This document shows, in pieces, positions 1-8,790 of a stretch of DNA of 64,000 nucleotides; position 1 is the stretch's first letter; every line of letters begins with the position of its first letter. This DNA comes from an uncultured Candidatus Micrarchaeota archaeon. Lineage in GTDB: Archaea; Micrarchaeota; Micrarchaeia; Burarchaeales; Fermentimicrarchaeaceae. Under the pieces are notes generated by a model that did not search any database, was not told where the DNA came from, and saw nothing but the letters and a program-made list of their open reading frames with translations. The position numbers were made by a program, and so were the translations under genes. The DNA is taken from positions 277,917 through 341,916 of the forward strand of contig CAISET010000002.1 in assembly GCA_903884505.1 (NCBI GenBank), written 5' to 3'.

Positions 1-17
1 ATATAGTTGGCGGAACG

Positions 18-410
18 GTGAGCAGGAGATTCCTCTCCGAGCTCCAAAAGCTGGGCAAGGTTTCTTTCATATACGCCAAGCGGGAGTTCGACGGCACGCT
101 GAAGCCAAAGGACCTGGCTGGCGCAGACATCCTCGTTACGAAAATCCTCGACAACTACGGAGAAGCGCTTTTCTCAAAGGCAGACCGGCTCAAATTCATC
201 GCCTCAATGCACGTGGACACATCAACCTACGCCCTGCATCATCTGCGGAAAAGGGGCGTCACTGTTTCGAATGCGAAAGGATACTGCACTGAGGCCGTCG
301 CGGAGCTGGCAATCTCCGCAATGCTCAGCATAGTGCGCCGGACGCACGAAGCAATGAAGCAGGCAGAGAAAGCGACTGGTCCTTCACGAAGCTCCGCAGC
401 CGCGAGCTGA
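18..410 (+). pseudogene. D-isomer-specific 2-hydroxyacid dehydrogenase, N-terminal (catalytic domain) fragment; reading frame breaks near nt 365-375
   Basis: N-terminal substrate-binding domain similarity. The downstream +2 frame continues as ...DWSFTKLRSRELKWKTLGIIGYGGIGRRV (NAD-binding GxGxxG), so the two ORFs are one gene split by a frameshift. Confidence 0.6.
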
Positions 411-466
411 AATGGAAAACCCTCGGAATAATCGGCTATGGGGGCATAGGGAGGCGTGTTGCCGAA

Positions 467-892
467 TTGGCGCGTGCATTCGGAATGAATGTGGAGTACT
501 GCTCAAAATCGAAGAAAACGATGGGGCTCGATGAGCCCCTCAAATCCAGCGACATAATCTCAATCCACTGCCTGCTCAGCAACGAAACGAAAAACCTTCT
601 CAACAAGAGAAGGCTCGCCCTCCTAAAGCAAGGCGCAGTCCTCATCAACACGGCGCGCCCGGAAATCTGCGACGTTGAGGAAGTGATTTCCCTTGCGAAA
701 AGGGGAAGAATCCAGGCCTATTTCGATGAGCTCCAGGATGACGGGCAGAGGAAGAGGGCGCTCGCAGCAGGCGTATTTGCAACTCCTGACTACGGCTGGA
801 TGACCGAGGAAGCGCAGAAGAATGACGAGGAAATCACGCTGGAGAACATAAGCGCATTTCTGAATGGGGAGCCGCTGCGAACTGTAAATTAG
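467..892 (+). pseudogene. D-isomer-specific 2-hydroxyacid dehydrogenase, C-terminal NAD-binding fragment (same gene as 18..410; frame extends upstream to about nt 362)
   Basis: GIIGYGGIG Rossmann motif lies just upstream in the same frame. The C-terminal domain is typical of the phosphoglycerate/glycerate dehydrogenase family. Confidence 0.6.
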
Positions 893-963
893 CTACGCTA
901 CTTCCAGATTTCACCCGGAAAACGGCGAGCGGTCTTTTTAATCGCTCCATACAAAATTGCTCC

Positions 964-1686
964 ATGACAACATATTCCCGACCATGGACCCGCCCGCCGA
1001 ATCGCCGCCAGCTTCTAGCCCTGTTCCTAATGGCCTTTGCCGTTGGGCTCGCATTCATTTTTGCCAACCATCCGCAGGCGAGCGGCCTTCTTTACTTATC
1101 CGCAACACTCTTTTTTGTCGCCCTTTTGTTCGTGATTACTGACTTCGGGCTTGGCAAATTCATAAATCCTAGCGCGCCCGAGCCTGAAGGAGCCGCGCCT
1201 CCGTCCCCACGTGCTCCAAGCGGAGACGCCAACCAGGAATTATCCCTTGCAGTTGAAGAGGCCATGAAGCGTGCGCTAGACAGCACATACTTCAATGCAG
1301 AGATAAACTCAATCTCACGGAGCGGAGTCAAGTTCCAGGCCGGCATCCAACGGGACGGCACTGCGGCGTTCATCACCGGCTTCGTGGGCACCAGCGTCGT
1401 AATAGAAGCCGCAAAGCTTAATGTAAAACCGGTCGCGATCCGCGAGGAAATGTTTGCAGGTTTTGAACTTGATGAAAAACAGAGAAAGGCGGCCGTAAGA
1501 ATCACAGAGGCATTCGACAAAGCGGCAAAAGCGAACGCGCATCTCGTGGTGCCAAGCGTGCAAAAGCTGAAGGGAATTCTCGGGAACAAGTTTGCCACTG
1601 AAATAGTCGAGATATCGGCCAATTGCTTTCCCGGCACAACTTCGTTTGAATCGGAAATGAGCATGCTCGCCAGCAAGCTCCCATAG
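964..1686 (+). CDS. hypothetical membrane protein
   Basis: Long ORF with an N-terminal hydrophobic segment (LLALFLMAFAVGLAFIF...LFFVALLFVITDF). No recognisable family. Confidence 0.45.
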   Translation: MTTYSRPWTRPPNRRQLLALFLMAFAVGLAFIFANHPQASGLLYLSATLFFVALLFVITDFGLGKFINPSAPEPEGAAPPSPRAPSGDANQELSLAVEEAMKRALDSTYFNAEINSISRSGVKFQAGIQRDGTAAFITGFVGTSVVIEAAKLNVKPVAIREEMFAGFELDEKQRKAAVRITEAFDKAAKANAHLVVPSVQKLKGILGNKFATEIVEISANCFPGTTSFESEMSMLASKLP

Positions 1687-1709
1687 GGCGCGCACCTAAA
1701 GCCAGCACT

Positions 1710-3137
1710 TTATGCTACTTCCGAGCTCCTTCCCGACTCCTTCTTTACCCCGTAGTCGCTCATCCCCGCCTTCCACCAGGAATCGTACCTGTCGCGCACC
1801 TGGTCCTCGATGCTGCGCGACTTCCTCACCGCGTACTCCATGTGCTTGGCAGTGATCTCCTTCGCATCCTCAATCACTGCCATGTCACCGGCTAGCTTCA
1901 GCATCCCGGCAATGTCACGGAACCGCAGGGTGAGCGCGTCGCCCTTCCCGTCAATCATCTTCGCCTTAGCCTTTGCATCCCTAATGATGATCTCAAGCGC
2001 CCCGCGGTCGGCATGCGGTATCTTGCCGTCCTTGACAATCTCCTGCGCTACAAACTGCGCGAGCTTCACCCTGTTCTCATCCGTGTCCGGCATCGTCGTG
2101 TTGAGCAGCACCTCATACCCGTCCCCGAGAATCCTCGAGCGCAGGGCAGGCAAAATTGAGCCCAGGTCATTCGTGTTCAAGGCCCCTGCAAGTATGAAAT
2201 CGCAAGGCACGCCATCAACGCGCACGGACGCGCCAGTGCTCGTCGCATTCCTGCCGACAATCGGGAACCTCTTCTCCTGCATCGCGGTGAATATGAACCT
2301 CTGGAGATAGCCGAGAGTGGAAAGCTCGTCTACGAAAAGAACGCCCTGGTGCGCCTCATGAATGGCTCCGGGGACAACCCGCTGGTAAGGCGCTATTCCC
2401 GCCTCGGGGTGCCCGCCATAAGGGTCGTGCCTCACATCGCCAAGAAGCTCGGTCTCGCTCGCCCCAGTCACCTGCACGAAAGTGTTCCTGCTCAGGGGCA
2501 CAATCACCTTGCGCGGCCTGTGCTTCCTCATTCCCTCGAGCTCGCGCACCTCCTTCTCGCTGAGCACGCGCACACTGTACCCATCCGCGCGCTCGTACGC
2601 GACCGCCTCCTCCCTTCCGCCAACCGTCCTGGTTGTGCGGACGCGCTCATCCCTCTTCTCGCCGGAAGCGGAGAGCACCAAATCATCGAAAGGCGATGAA
2701 GCCCCGCGGTACTTGTCAGCGCCGCAGGTCGGGCAGACGACGGCCGATGAGGCGCTTATGCTCCCGCACCTCCTGCACCTGTAGCCCAGCCTTTCGGCGG
2801 CAATGACCGGAATATCGCGCACATCAACGAGCTTCCCAAGGCCCCTCTCGTGCCTCATGTCGCTCTTAATTTTGTCAGCCTCCCTCACCTCAACAATCGG
2901 CCTCTCAGGGTTTTCGGGGTTGTGGAGCACGGAGATTTCCTGCGTGGGCTTGGGAAGAAGAAAGGCAATCGCCTGCGCAATCATTGACTTGCCGGTCCCG
3001 GGAGGCCCAACAAGGAGAAGGTGCCTTCTCTGCGCAGCGGCTATGCGCGCCATGCGCACAGCCTCCTCCTGGCCTATCACCATGTCTAAGGGATTGGTGG
3101 GAATCTTCACATCCCTCGTGCTGTCCGGGAGGCGCAT
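1710..3137 (-). CDS. LonB-like AAA+ ATPase lacking transmembrane and protease domains, with an inserted C4 zinc ribbon
   Basis: VIGQEEAVRMARIAAAQRRHLLLVGPPGTGKSM Walker A and the VRHDPYGG...GVLFVDELSTL sensor region match the archaeal LonB ATPase module. It carries CRRCGSIS...CPTCG in place of the membrane insert, and has no S16 domain (475 aa). Confidence 0.6.
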   Translation of the reverse strand: MRLPDSTRDVKIPTNPLDMVIGQEEAVRMARIAAAQRRHLLLVGPPGTGKSMIAQAIAFLLPKPTQEISVLHNPENPERPIVEVREADKIKSDMRHERGLGKLVDVRDIPVIAAERLGYRCRRCGSISASSAVVCPTCGADKYRGASSPFDDLVLSASGEKRDERVRTTRTVGGREEAVAYERADGYSVRVLSEKEVRELEGMRKHRPRKVIVPLSRNTFVQVTGASETELLGDVRHDPYGGHPEAGIAPYQRVVPGAIHEAHQGVLFVDELSTLGYLQRFIFTAMQEKRFPIVGRNATSTGASVRVDGVPCDFILAGALNTNDLGSILPALRSRILGDGYEVLLNTTMPDTDENRVKLAQFVAQEIVKDGKIPHADRGALEIIIRDAKAKAKMIDGKGDALTLRFRDIAGMLKLAGDMAVIEDAKEITAKHMEYAVRKSRSIEDQVRDRYDSWWKAGMSDYGVKKESGRSSEVA

Positions 3138-3170
3138 GGAGGACTATTGGCAGCGCAGATTATTATGTCT

Positions 3171-4451
3171 TCACGATGCCTTCGTTGCGATGCCCATCCC
3201 AGTCGGCCTCTTGAAGATGTTGCCCATCTTCACGCCCACGAGGATTTTCACTCCCTTCCCGTCAGCAAGGTCCACGAGCCTCTGCGTGATTATCCCGTCA
3301 AGGACAACCGCGTGAATCCCGCTTCCCTCCTGCAGCGCCCTGATCAAATCGCGCACAGGCATCTCGCTCTTCAGGCCGAGCGACCCATCGTAAAGCCTTG
3401 CCCTCAGCGTGTTCTCCAGTTCGGCAAGGCTCTTCATGAGCCCCTCAGGCACCTGTACCTGTTCAACGGGGGCGGCAGGCGCCTGGGCAGCAGCTGCCTG
3501 CGCCGCTGCAGCAGCAGCGGCCTGCGCATGCAGTGCCTCCTCTCCAGGAAGCTGCAGCGGGACAGCCTTCACCCTCTTCTCAGGGAGCGGCTCCCCGCTC
3601 TCCGTCTTCGGCTTAGGCAGCCCCTCAATCTGCTCCGCAGGCACGCGTGCCCTCAGGCACTTGATTATCTCCTTGCGCGTCAGCTCCTCGACCTCCTTTC
3701 CGCGAGGCGCCCTTGCAACATAGTCTATCTCGCAGGCGTTTGCAATCTCGCGCAGGATGATGTCGCCTCCCCTGTCCCCGTCAAGGAACACGGTGGTCTC
3801 CTTCGCCCTGCACAGTGCCGCAAGCGTCCTCGGCACATTCGCGCCGCCAACCGCCACACTGTTGTTCACGTCGTTCTTCAGCAGGTTCAGGACATCTGCG
3901 CGGCCCTCGACTATTATCACCGAGTCGAAGCCGTCAATCTTTGGCCCTGACGGCAGCCTCTCAGGCCCGTATTCCGAAATCTCGGCAATCTTGACCTCCT
4001 GCCTGACGAGCTCGGAAATCTCCCTGCTCTCAGGAATCTCGGTCGTGAGCAGGTTCTTGAGCAGGCACTTCGCCCTGTCAACCACCTGCTTCCTCTTCAC
4101 GTTGCGCGTGTCCTCTATCTTCTCAACGCCGATCCTCGCATCGCAAGGGCCGACACGGTCGACAGTCTCCAGCGCAGCAGCGAGAATGGAAGTCTCAACC
4201 ATGTCAAGGGAGCTCGGGAGCATAATCTTGCCTATGCTCTTCCCTCCCCTCACCTGCAAATCGACCTCAATCCTCCCGATCCTGCCGTTCTTCTGCAGCT
4301 CGCGCAGGTCGAGCTCGTCGCCAAGCAATCCTTCGGTCTGGCCGAATATGGCGCCCACAACATCGGGCTTCTCCACCATTCCGCCGATCTCAAGGTTAGC
4401 GTAAACGACGTACTTCACTGTGTCAATATACGTTTTTCCCATATTTTTCAC
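3171..4451 (-). CDS. dnaG: archaeal DnaG-like primase (Toprim domain; exosome-associated DnaG)
   Basis: The N-terminus MGKTYIDTVKYVVYANLEIGGMVEKPDVVGAIFGQTEGLLG is the archaeal DnaG signature. Toprim acidic residues are present. Confidence 0.85.
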   Translation of the reverse strand: MKNMGKTYIDTVKYVVYANLEIGGMVEKPDVVGAIFGQTEGLLGDELDLRELQKNGRIGRIEVDLQVRGGKSIGKIMLPSSLDMVETSILAAALETVDRVGPCDARIGVEKIEDTRNVKRKQVVDRAKCLLKNLLTTEIPESREISELVRQEVKIAEISEYGPERLPSGPKIDGFDSVIIVEGRADVLNLLKNDVNNSVAVGGANVPRTLAALCRAKETTVFLDGDRGGDIILREIANACEIDYVARAPRGKEVEELTRKEIIKCLRARVPAEQIEGLPKPKTESGEPLPEKRVKAVPLQLPGEEALHAQAAAAAAAQAAAAQAPAAPVEQVQVPEGLMKSLAELENTLRARLYDGSLGLKSEMPVRDLIRALQEGSGIHAVVLDGIITQRLVDLADGKGVKILVGVKMGNIFKRPTGMGIATKAS

Positions 4452-4861
4452 CTTTCATACCTCTCCATTTTCTCTCTCAGCTCCGCGACCTTCCTGTCCA
4501 GCTCCTCAAAGAACCGGACGCCGAAAAGGGCGCGCAGCTTCCTGCGGGAATCCAGGTCAGGCCTCACGCAATGCGCCTCAAGCGCCCCAGCCATCCTCTT
4601 CGCCAGCTCCTCGCCGGCATCATCGAAGTCCGTCATCACCGCAGCAATCTCCGCCCTTGCGGCGACCTTCGCGGCGATGTCATCCGGCTTCTGGTTTATC
4701 AGCGTGATGCGGTTGGCGACCCCGACTCTCAGGAGTGCCTCCCTGTCCCTTTTTCCCTCAACGAGAACCTCGGCGCCGGACTCCTCCAGCTCCATCATGA
4801 GGCTCCCGAATCTCTTCCATTTCTGCCGGAGGAGGTGACCCTCGCGGGATTCCGCGAGCAT
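4448..4861 (-). CDS. small stand-alone Toprim-domain protein (COG1658-like small primase-like protein)
   Basis: Toprim motifs VLVEGKRD and VMTDFDDAGE. Overlaps the dnaG start by 4 nt (translational coupling). Confidence 0.55.
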   Translation of the reverse strand: MLAESREGHLLRQKWKRFGSLMMELEESGAEVLVEGKRDREALLRVGVANRITLINQKPDDIAAKVAARAEIAAVMTDFDDAGEELAKRMAGALEAHCVRPDLDSRRKLRALFGVRFFEELDRKVAELREKMERYER

Positions 4862-5218
4862 TCAGACCCCTCCCGGCTTCGCCTCCCCTATTCGCCTTCG
4901 GGCGAATGGGGCGCATTTCGCGGAGCGAAATCGCGCCGGCGAAATGTCCGCACCTTCCGGTGCGGATAGCCTCCGCTTGATTTCCTCGAGCGGAAGTCCT
5001 ACCCTAAGCAGCTTCCTCCTGTCCCTTCCTCCCCGGACAAGCTCGACGGGCGCCCCGAGAATCTTCGAGAGCTCCCGCACAAGTTCAGCGTTCGCCCGCC
5101 CCTGCTCCGGCTTCTCGGTCAGGCTGACCTTGAGCCTTCCGCTCTTTTGGTCCCAGCCTGCCGCGAACTCCCTCGAGCCCGGGCGGACCGACGCTTCCAA
5201 TTCCGTCATATTCTTCAT
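4862..5218 (-). CDS. DUF167/YggU family protein (UPF0235)
   Basis: GRANAELVRELSKILGAPVELVRGGRDRRKLLRV matches the DUF167 core. Abuts the Toprim ORF. Confidence 0.55.
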   Translation of the reverse strand: MKNMTELEASVRPGSREFAAGWDQKSGRLKVSLTEKPEQGRANAELVRELSKILGAPVELVRGGRDRRKLLRVGLPLEEIKRRLSAPEGADISPARFRSAKCAPFARRRIGEAKPGGV

Positions 5219-5407
5219 GAAAGGATGAGCAGAAACCTGCTGCTCGGATAATCATGTGCTCTGCGATGTTGACTGTCGTTCATCGCCTGTCTAACTCCCG
5301 TGGCCATCCTCGCAGAGCACTATATTTGCCCCAGGAGCGGTATTTAAACCTGTGGCTCCGACGTGATCGTATTTATCCGGCAGTCCAATTTCTACATTTA
5401 AGCAATA

Positions 5408-6736
5408 TTAGAGGGCTTTGTCCTGCAAGCATCTCTCTTTGTCCAAAACAAATACGAATTGTTTACCTCTCGACAACTTATGTAAATAACCCCTTTCTGT
5501 TAAGTCAAAAAGATCAGTTCTTGCCGTTTGATAAGTAGTATTATACCGTTCCTTCATCTCATAAATGGTTATTGATTGTTCACTTTTACTCAAACTGATA
5601 ATTAAATCAGCTTGGCGGAAATTCATTTTTGGATTTCGGCGTATTGTTTCAAAGATTCTTTTATTCTCTTCTTTAGTTTTTTCTATATACTTTTCGAATG
5701 AAGTTATTGCAATATCCATTGCGTGCAGATTAAATTTTACAAAGTACGTAACGTCATTATTGTCCGTTTCAGCATATAAATAGGCGCGAGTATACTGCGC
5801 AGGGGCATTATTAATTGCAGTAGATATGGCAACGTATTCCAAATAATCATAATTTTGTGCCAAAAGATACCAATAGAACAGCGCCCTTGCAGTCCGGCCA
5901 TTGCCGTCAAAGAACGGGTGTATCCAACCAATCATATAATGAAGCACCATAGCCTTTACAAACGGATGAAGGTAGTACTCAGTAGACTCGCCATTAACGA
6001 AATTGCAGACCTGTTCCAAAAGCTGGTCAATCTGGCTGTATTCGGGAGGATCGTAAATGATCTGCTGTCTGCCGTCTCTAGAAAAGACCTTAATGTCGTT
6101 TGTTGTCCTGAACGCCCCCTCATATTTCTTATCGTCGAGCGTATCATTTGTGATTCGCTTATGGATTTCTCGAATTAAATCAAATGTCAATTTCTGGTTA
6201 GATTCTACATGCTCCTTGATGTACCTCATAGTAATATAGTTGTTGAGTATCATTTGTTCTGAGCGAGTCCGCGGTTTTCTATTTTCTCTCAGCATTTTTT
6301 TTGCAACCAATCTGGATGTAGATGCACCTTCCAATTGACTCGAAGCTATTGCTTCTTCCATTAATGAGTTTACTAAATATTTTTTTTGTAATTCAACCCC
6401 CATTTTAGCTTCTAAGTCTTTTTCGATTTTCCCAGCTACGCGCATGTCCAGTTCATGAAGTGTTTTTTCAATATTTGGGGTCTGTATATACCGTAGTCTC
6501 AGGCCATTGATGCCAATGGTTCGCGAATCAAAACTTCTAGAGAATTCGATAAATGTCCACAACTTCTTAAGGTCAATGTCCTTGAATTGGTCATTTATTT
6601 TCAATTCATCCCAGTGTAAGTACTCGCTATTGGCGGCATTCAGATACGGCCTAAGTTTGTCAAAGTCCTCGCGTCTCAGCTTTTCGATATGTAGCCCAAC
6701 CGGTGGTTTTTCGGGAATCCTCATAGCAGCACCCAC
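5408..6736 (-). CDS. Fic/DOC family protein (AMPylation-type Fic domain with an in-cis inhibitory motif)
   Basis: Canonical Fic motif HPFFDGNGRTARAL. An SSQLEG inhibitory-helix-like motif lies upstream. The gene sits in an AT-rich island. The ORF-table start is GTG at 6736, with an alternative ATG at 6724. Confidence 0.8.
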   Translation of the reverse strand: MGAAMRIPEKPPVGLHIEKLRREDFDKLRPYLNAANSEYLHWDELKINDQFKDIDLKKLWTFIEFSRSFDSRTIGINGLRLRYIQTPNIEKTLHELDMRVAGKIEKDLEAKMGVELQKKYLVNSLMEEAIASSQLEGASTSRLVAKKMLRENRKPRTRSEQMILNNYITMRYIKEHVESNQKLTFDLIREIHKRITNDTLDDKKYEGAFRTTNDIKVFSRDGRQQIIYDPPEYSQIDQLLEQVCNFVNGESTEYYLHPFVKAMVLHYMIGWIHPFFDGNGRTARALFYWYLLAQNYDYLEYVAISTAINNAPAQYTRAYLYAETDNNDVTYFVKFNLHAMDIAITSFEKYIEKTKEENKRIFETIRRNPKMNFRQADLIISLSKSEQSITIYEMKERYNTTYQTARTDLFDLTERGYLHKLSRGKQFVFVLDKERCLQDKAL

Positions 6737-6777
6737 ATACTAATGTCACCTCTATTAGTACACATTCCCATTTATTA

Positions 6778-6880
6778 ATCTATGTACTAATTATAAACTC
6801 ATTAGTACTCATTAGTATATTGTTGGGTTCGAATGGATCAATCTATGTACTAATTATAAACTCATTAGTATTCATTAGTA
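6778..6880. repeat. tandem direct repeat: 40-bp unit (atctatgtactaattataaactcattagta[c/t]tcattagta) x2 at 6778-6817 and 6841-6880, separated by a 23-bp spacer
   Basis: Seen directly in the sequence, with internal ctcattagta sub-repeats. It lies at the right edge of the low-GC Fic island. The spacer contains gggttcgaat, which resembles a tRNA T-arm. Confidence 0.8.
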
Positions 6881-6892
6881 CGAGCTAACGGT

Positions 6893-7432
6893 TTAGGCCT
6901 CGGTTTCCTCTTCGCAGTCCTCGCAGACGAGCTTCTTCCCGACCTTCCTGAGCGATTCCGAGTAGTTGAAGCACTCCTCGCAGATTCCCGTGAACTCCTC
7001 CGCCTTCCCGAACCTCTCAATGGTGTTCCTCTCCCTTATTATGTCGAAGAGCGCGGGGCTCACGCGGACAACGTCCGTCTCGCTCAGGATTCCAATCAGC
7101 TTCCCCTTGTTGCTGACCACGGGCAGCCTCTTAATGCGCTCGTCGCGCATCATCTTCGCCGCGTCCTCGATGTCGACTTCCGGCCCGACCGCCTTCAGCG
7201 GCGAGCTCATAACCTGCTTGAGCTTGACCTTCTTCGGGTCCTTCCCAGGCGCCATCACCTTGAAGACAAGGTCCCGCTCAGTCAGAATCCCGACCGGCTC
7301 GCTCTTGTGCAACACTATTATGCTGCCGATGGCATTCTTCTTCAGAGTCTCGGCTGCATCCTTGACTGCCGCATCCTGCGGCAGCGTAATCACGCCCTTC
7401 CTCATCACGTCGCCGACTCGAACTTCTTTCAT
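6893..7432 (-). CDS. CBS-domain pair protein with a C-terminal Cys4 zinc ribbon
   Basis: Two CBS-like segments (VITLPQDAAV...; IKRLPVVSNKGKLIGILSETDV). C-terminal CEECFN...CEDC. Confidence 0.65.
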   Translation of the reverse strand: MKEVRVGDVMRKGVITLPQDAAVKDAAETLKKNAIGSIIVLHKSEPVGILTERDLVFKVMAPGKDPKKVKLKQVMSSPLKAVGPEVDIEDAAKMMRDERIKRLPVVSNKGKLIGILSETDVVRVSPALFDIIRERNTIERFGKAEEFTGICEECFNYSESLRKVGKKLVCEDCEEETEA

Positions 7433-7485
7433 GTTCGAGGTATTGGCTGCTGGCTTTTAAAATAGTTCCCGTCCCACAACAACCC

Positions 7486-7869
7486 ATGGCAAGCTATGCG
7501 AAGGGCGCAAGGTGCGAGAGGGAGCTGATAGGCCTGCTCGCAGCCAAGGGCTTCTCAGTCATCCGCGCAGCGGGCTCGGGCGTGGCCGGAGAATGCCCCG
7601 ACCTCCTCGCTTTCAAGGGGCCGCGCCAGTTCGCTTTGGAGTGCAAGGCCTGGGGCGGCGACCGCGTCGCAATCGACCACGCGCACTACCGCTCGCTGAA
7701 GCGGTGGGAGGACAACACCGGCATCACAACAATGCTCGCCTGGCGCATGGACCGCGCAGGATGGCTTTTCATCTACCTCTCCGAGCTTGAGGAGAACCCG
7801 CAGTCCTACTCCATCACGAAGAAAAGGGCGGAAGAAATAGGAAGGAGTTTCGCAGATGCCGTGCGATAG
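7486..7869 (+). CDS. hjc: Holliday junction resolvase Hjc
   Basis: KGARCERELIGLLAAKGFSVIRAAGSG...PDLLAFKG...ALECKAW matches the archaeal Hjc nuclease fold (E...D...EXK). Confidence 0.75.
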   Translation: MASYAKGARCERELIGLLAAKGFSVIRAAGSGVAGECPDLLAFKGPRQFALECKAWGGDRVAIDHAHYRSLKRWEDNTGITTMLAWRMDRAGWLFIYLSELEENPQSYSITKKRAEEIGRSFADAVR

Positions 7870-7904
7870 GGATTTAAACGCGGCGGGGCAAACCTTTTCG
7901 GGGG

Positions 7905-8303
7905 ATGATTATGAAGGAACTGGTCATAGTTACAAAGGACAGGGTCGGGCTTCTTGCTGACATCTCCGAAGCGCTCGGAAAGGGAAAGGTCAACATAGAG
8001 AGCGTCAGCGCGGATGTCGTTGGGAAGAACGCGGTCGTCAGGCTCATGGTGAGTGATGACAAGAAGGGAAATGTCGCGCTCACAAAGGCAGGCTTCAAGC
8101 CGGTTTCCGAGGACACAGTCGTAATCACGCTCGATGACAGGCCGGGCGAGCTTTCCCGCGCGGCGCGCATCCTCTCGGAGGCAGGGGTAGGGATGACGAA
8201 CGTCTTCCACCTGAGCAAGGAGAAGGGCAAGGCGCTCGTCGCGCTGCGGGTCCAGCCGGAAGACCTGATGAAGGCGAAGAAGCTGCTCAAGGAATTCCTC
8301 TGA
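7905..8303 (+). CDS. ACT-domain protein (tandem ACT)
   Basis: Two ACT-like beta-alpha-beta-beta-alpha-beta segments (VIVTKDRVGLLADISEALG; VITLDDRPGELSRAARILSEAGV). Confidence 0.55.
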   Translation: MIMKELVIVTKDRVGLLADISEALGKGKVNIESVSADVVGKNAVVRLMVSDDKKGNVALTKAGFKPVSEDTVVITLDDRPGELSRAARILSEAGVGMTNVFHLSKEKGKALVALRVQPEDLMKAKKLLKEFL

Positions 8304-8307
8304 TTTT

Positions 8308-8790
8308 ATGCGGCGCTACGAGAGGCACCCGACGCGCTCGGGGAACTCGCTGCAGGAGTGGCACAGGGTGAAGAACCCCCTGGCAGTGGTATTCAACTTC
8401 ATGGTAATCTCCCTCACCAAAATCCTCCCCTCCCTTTCGCTGAAGAGATGGCTTCTCCGCCGGACAGGGATGAAGGTCGGCAAGGGCGCGGCGATAGGCC
8501 TTGACGTGCAGTTCGACATCTTCTTCCCGGAGCTTATCGAGCTTGGCGAGAACTGCGTGGTAGGCTATGGCGCAGCGCTCCTCGCGCACGAGTACCTGAT
8601 CAAGGAATACCGGACCGGAAGGACGCGCATAGGGAATAACGCCGTGATAGGCGTGAATTCAACATTGCTCTGCGGCGTCGAGATTGGCGACGGCGCGACG
8701 GTTGCCGCTGGCGCGGTCGTTGCAGACAACGTCCCGGAAGGCGCTGCTGTCGGCGGCGTTCCCGCAAGGCCGATGAGGATGCGCGAATGA
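8308..8790 (+). CDS. hexapeptide-repeat (LbH) acetyltransferase, maltose/galactoside O-acetyltransferase-like
   Basis: Repeated [LIV]G-x-x-x-x hexapeptides (IGNNAVIGVNSTLLCGVEIGDGATVAAGAVV). Confidence 0.65.
   Translation: MRRYERHPTRSGNSLQEWHRVKNPLAVVFNFMVISLTKILPSLSLKRWLLRRTGMKVGKGAAIGLDVQFDIFFPELIELGENCVVGYGAALLAHEYLIKEYRTGRTRIGNNAVIGVNSTLLCGVEIGDGATVAAGAVVADNVPEGAAVGGVPARPMRMRE

Noticed and set aside
6778-6880. The two 40-bp direct repeats considered as a CRISPR array.
   Set aside because: There are only two copies with a 23-bp spacer, the repeats are AT-rich and non-palindromic, and there are no cas genes. They are more consistent with att-site or regulatory repeats at an island border.
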